NCBI GenBank assembly: GCA_963712745.1
Contig: CAVQJC010000017.1
Span: forward strand, 224,001 to 288,000
DNA from: an uncultured Chloroflexia bacterium
GTDB taxonomy: Bacteria; Chloroflexota; Limnocylindria; Limnocylindrales; CSP1-4
Direction: 5' to 3'
Length of the DNA stretch: 64,000 nt
Made by a program: the position numbers and the translations under genes
Notes under the pieces: generated by a model
What the model was told of the DNA's origin: nothing
What the model saw: the letters and a program-made list of their open reading frames with translations, nothing else
Databases searched by the model: none
Shown: positions 61,704-64,000 of the stretch, in pieces
How the letters are laid out: each line of letters starts with the position of its first letter
Numbering within the stretch: position 1 is the stretch's first letter

Positions 61704-62360
61704 CTAGTTGACCGGGGTCGTCCGCCGCAATGACTCGGGCACGCCGACAGCCTGGCTGAGCTGGCCATCGACCAGGGCCAGCAGCGGCACATCGAGGGCG
61801 TTCATGTCGACCTCGGCGAACTCCTCGAGCAGCCAATGGGCGAACTCGCGCTCGACGTCGAGCGGCAGGCTGATGATGAGGTCGCGCATCGGTGCCAGGA
61901 TCAGGCCGTTGCGGTCGCCCAGGACACGAGTCAGTTCGTCCGGGAGCAGCAGCAGCGAGGAGGCCCAGCCCTCGCGCGACTGGTAGGCGATCGTGGGAAC
62001 GTCCGCGATGCGCTCGTGGATGAGGGCGAACTGCCTGCGCGCCTTGACCCGGGCTCGGACGTTGTCGAGAGCGCGCTCGAACGCGTCGTCTGCCGTCACG
62101 CCCCAGCCCTCGAGTTGTTCGGGGGCGACGAAGAGCATGGCCGGCCCGACGTCGAGCCCAAGGACCACGCGGATGCCCGGCGCGAACTCCCGCTGGGGCA
62201 GACCCCCGATGTCCACCGGCAGCGCGCGCCGCCGGGGGAGGGCCAGACGGAGATCTGGGGCCACCTTCTCCCAGGGCGCGCTGAAGTCGACCGATTCGAT
62301 GGCCGACATGACCTCCTCCACCGAGGCGGTGATGACCAGGGGCTCTTCGGGCGTCGTCAT
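61704..62360 (-). CDS. Hypothetical protein (DUF1444-like)
   Basis: L..WGV....F..AL.N, EGWASSLLLLP, APMRD; GC-biased coding pattern. Confidence 0.6.
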   Translation of the reverse strand: MTTPEEPLVITASVEEVMSAIESVDFSAPWEKVAPDLRLALPRRRALPVDIGGLPQREFAPGIRVVLGLDVGPAMLFVAPEQLEGWGVTADDAFERALDNVRARVKARRQFALIHERIADVPTIAYQSREGWASSLLLLPDELTRVLGDRNGLILAPMRDLIISLPLDVEREFAHWLLEEFAEVDMNALDVPLLALVDGQLSQAVGVPESLRRTTPVN

Positions 62361-62462
62361 GGGTGCCACGATGACGGCAGGCACTTGGCGCGGGCTATCC
62401 GCTCGCTTATCGGGGACTTGTGGCCCTGCGTGCGCGTGTGGACGAGCCCGTAGCATCAAGCG

Positions 62463-63620
62463 GTGAGTTCCGCCCCTGCGCCCGTGGCCGAGCTTCGGCG
62501 TGCCTACGTCGACCAGACGGCCGTCAGCTACAGCTTCTACGTCGTCGGGGCCGCGACTGCCTTCGTGGCCGTGGCGCTCAGCCTGTCCGAGACGGAGGCC
62601 GGGCTGCACTCGTCGGCCATGGCGGTCGGCATGATCGTGGCCGGGCTCGCAGGTGATCGCTTCGACGGGTCGGCCGGCGTACGTCGCGTCCATCTCGCGG
62701 CCATGGCCTTGCTGGCGGTCTCGCTGGTCGGGCTGGCCCTCGCGCCCGCGCTGGCGGTGAGCCTGGCTGCGGCGCTCGGCATCGGACTGGGGGCGGGCAC
62801 CATGTTCGGGCACGTCAACCAGACGCTGGGTGCCGGCGGTGGGGCCAGCGCCCGGGTGCAGCTGACCCGGGGCGCATTCGTGGCCAAGGTCTCGCAGTTG
62901 ATGGCGCCGGTGGCCATCGGGATCGGCATCGCGCTCGGGTTCGACTGGCAGTTCGTGATCCTGCCGGTGCTCGTGCTGCTGGGGTTGCTGTTCGTCTGGT
63001 CGCGGTCCGATGGGACGGGTGCGGCAGCGCACGTGCAGCTCGGGCGGCTGCCCTGGGCCTACTGGTTGCCCTGGATGCTGACCGTGTCGGTCATCGGCCT
63101 GGAGTTCTTCGTGGTCGTCTGGGGCGGGACGCTCGTGGGTGAGAAGACCGGCGTCTCGCTGGCCGATGCCACGCTCACGATCTCGGCCTTCATCGCAGGC
63201 ATGATCGCCGGTCGAGCCGTGATGTCCGTACGTGCGATGGGCCGACTTGCGCCGATGCTCGTGATCCGAGCCGGGATCGTGCTCACCTTTGGGGCCGTGC
63301 TGCTGCTGTGGCTGTCGGGCTCGTATCTGCTCAGTGTGGTTGGGATGGCGGTGGCCGGCTTCGGCGTGGGCATCCTCTATCCCGCGTGCGCCTCGATGGC
63401 CCTGGCCGCTGCGCCCGACCAGCCCGCGGCCGCCTCCTCCAGGCTGACGCTGGCGGCCGGGTTGGCCATCCTGGTAGCGCCGCTGCTACTGGGCGTCATC
63501 GCCGACCTGAGCGACATCGGCTCCGCCTGGCTGCTGGTGCCGGCGGTCTGCGCGGGCGTGCTGCTGTTGACGGTGCCGGTGGAGCGGGCGCGGCTCGCGC
63601 GCGGTAGCGCGGTGGACTAG
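62463..63620 (+). CDS. MFS transporter
   Basis: About 12 hydrophobic segments, G.AGDRFD motif-A-like, GMIAGR, GILYP. Confidence 0.88.
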   Translation: MSSAPAPVAELRRAYVDQTAVSYSFYVVGAATAFVAVALSLSETEAGLHSSAMAVGMIVAGLAGDRFDGSAGVRRVHLAAMALLAVSLVGLALAPALAVSLAAALGIGLGAGTMFGHVNQTLGAGGGASARVQLTRGAFVAKVSQLMAPVAIGIGIALGFDWQFVILPVLVLLGLLFVWSRSDGTGAAAHVQLGRLPWAYWLPWMLTVSVIGLEFFVVVWGGTLVGEKTGVSLADATLTISAFIAGMIAGRAVMSVRAMGRLAPMLVIRAGIVLTFGAVLLLWLSGSYLLSVVGMAVAGFGVGILYPACASMALAAAPDQPAAASSRLTLAAGLAILVAPLLLGVIADLSDIGSAWLLVPAVCAGVLLLTVPVERARLARGSAVD

Positions 63621-64000
63621 GCGCGGTCGTTCAGCGTGGTCGATATCTCCGCGACGACGCCATCGAGCCGGTCACGGATGTCGCACTCCCAGATCTCATA
63701 GACCGCCCAGTCTGCGGCTTCGAGCTGCCGTCGCTTGCGCGCATCCCGTTCGCGGTTGAGCTCGAACTTCCGGGCCCAAAACTCGGGGTTCGACTTGGGC
63801 AGGTTGGGGTGACAGCGCGGGCAGTGATGCCAGTAGCAGCCGTGAACGAATATCGCGACCTGCCGACCCGGATACGAGATGTCCGGCCGACCCGGGGCTT
63901 GCTTCCAGTTCAGCCGGTAGCCGGGATGCCCAGCCTCCCGAAGTGCCGACCGGAGCTTCCGCTCAGGCTCCGTGTCCTTCGCCCGATTGGCCCTCATCAC
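63617..64000 (-). CDS. vsr: Very short patch repair (Vsr) endonuclease, 5' end at window edge
   Basis: DT.PE, PGRPDI, FVHGCYWH.C, FW..KF..N.ERD, IWEC. Confidence 0.93.
   Translation of the reverse strand: MMRANRAKDTEPERKLRSALREAGHPGYRLNWKQAPGRPDISYPGRQVAIFVHGCYWHHCPRCHPNLPKSNPEFWARKFELNRERDARKRRQLEAADWAVYEIWECDIRDRLDGVVAEISTTLNDRA

Noticed and set aside
63617-64000. Vsr as partner of the methyltransferase at 31993
   Set aside because: About 31 kb apart; Vsr accompanies C5-cytosine MTases, whereas this enzyme is DPPY-type; any partner may lie beyond the window edge

Overview
High-GC bacterial chromosomal window. Gene style (leaderless starts, ECF/anti-sigma pairs, XRE-nuclease family, auracyanin-like cupredoxin) suggests Chloroflexota, possibly Limnocylindria; this is inference only. 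Many genes carry single-base indels that look like long-read assembly errors. In order: (1) ATP-dependent DNA ligase, a class V aminotransferase homolog lacking the PLP lysine, and a rare tRNA-Ile with a UAU anticodon. (2) A ~25.6 kb carbohydrate region (3247-28893) resembling a D-apiose utilisation regulon. It holds an apiose-type ABC importer with DUF2291, a split AptAB-like transketolase, an AplK-like FGGY kinase, two SorC regulators with a shared 14-bp operator, an apiosidase-like DUF4038 protein and a GH78 rhamnosidase. No apiose isomerase is visible; an SDR and an atypical shikimate-DH-fold enzyme are present instead. (3) Bactofilin, M20 amidohydrolase, an orphan circularly permuted DNA methyltransferase, a LuxR-STAND regulator with a degenerate Walker A, and a double-cupredoxin lipoprotein. 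(4) An XRE-HTH/nuclease-like gene next to two tandem-repeat arrays around a structured core; this array architecture recurs at 57.4-57.9 kb. (5) Xanthine dehydrogenase and guanine deaminase genes and a VapBC-type toxin-antitoxin pair. (6) An array of ECF sigma factors paired with membrane anti-sigma-like proteins bearing extracellular pectin-lyase-like beta-helices, with visible GGAACC promoters. (7) Orphan MerB-like lyase, MFS transporter and a truncated Vsr endonuclease. All family assignments are from motif recognition, not database searches.
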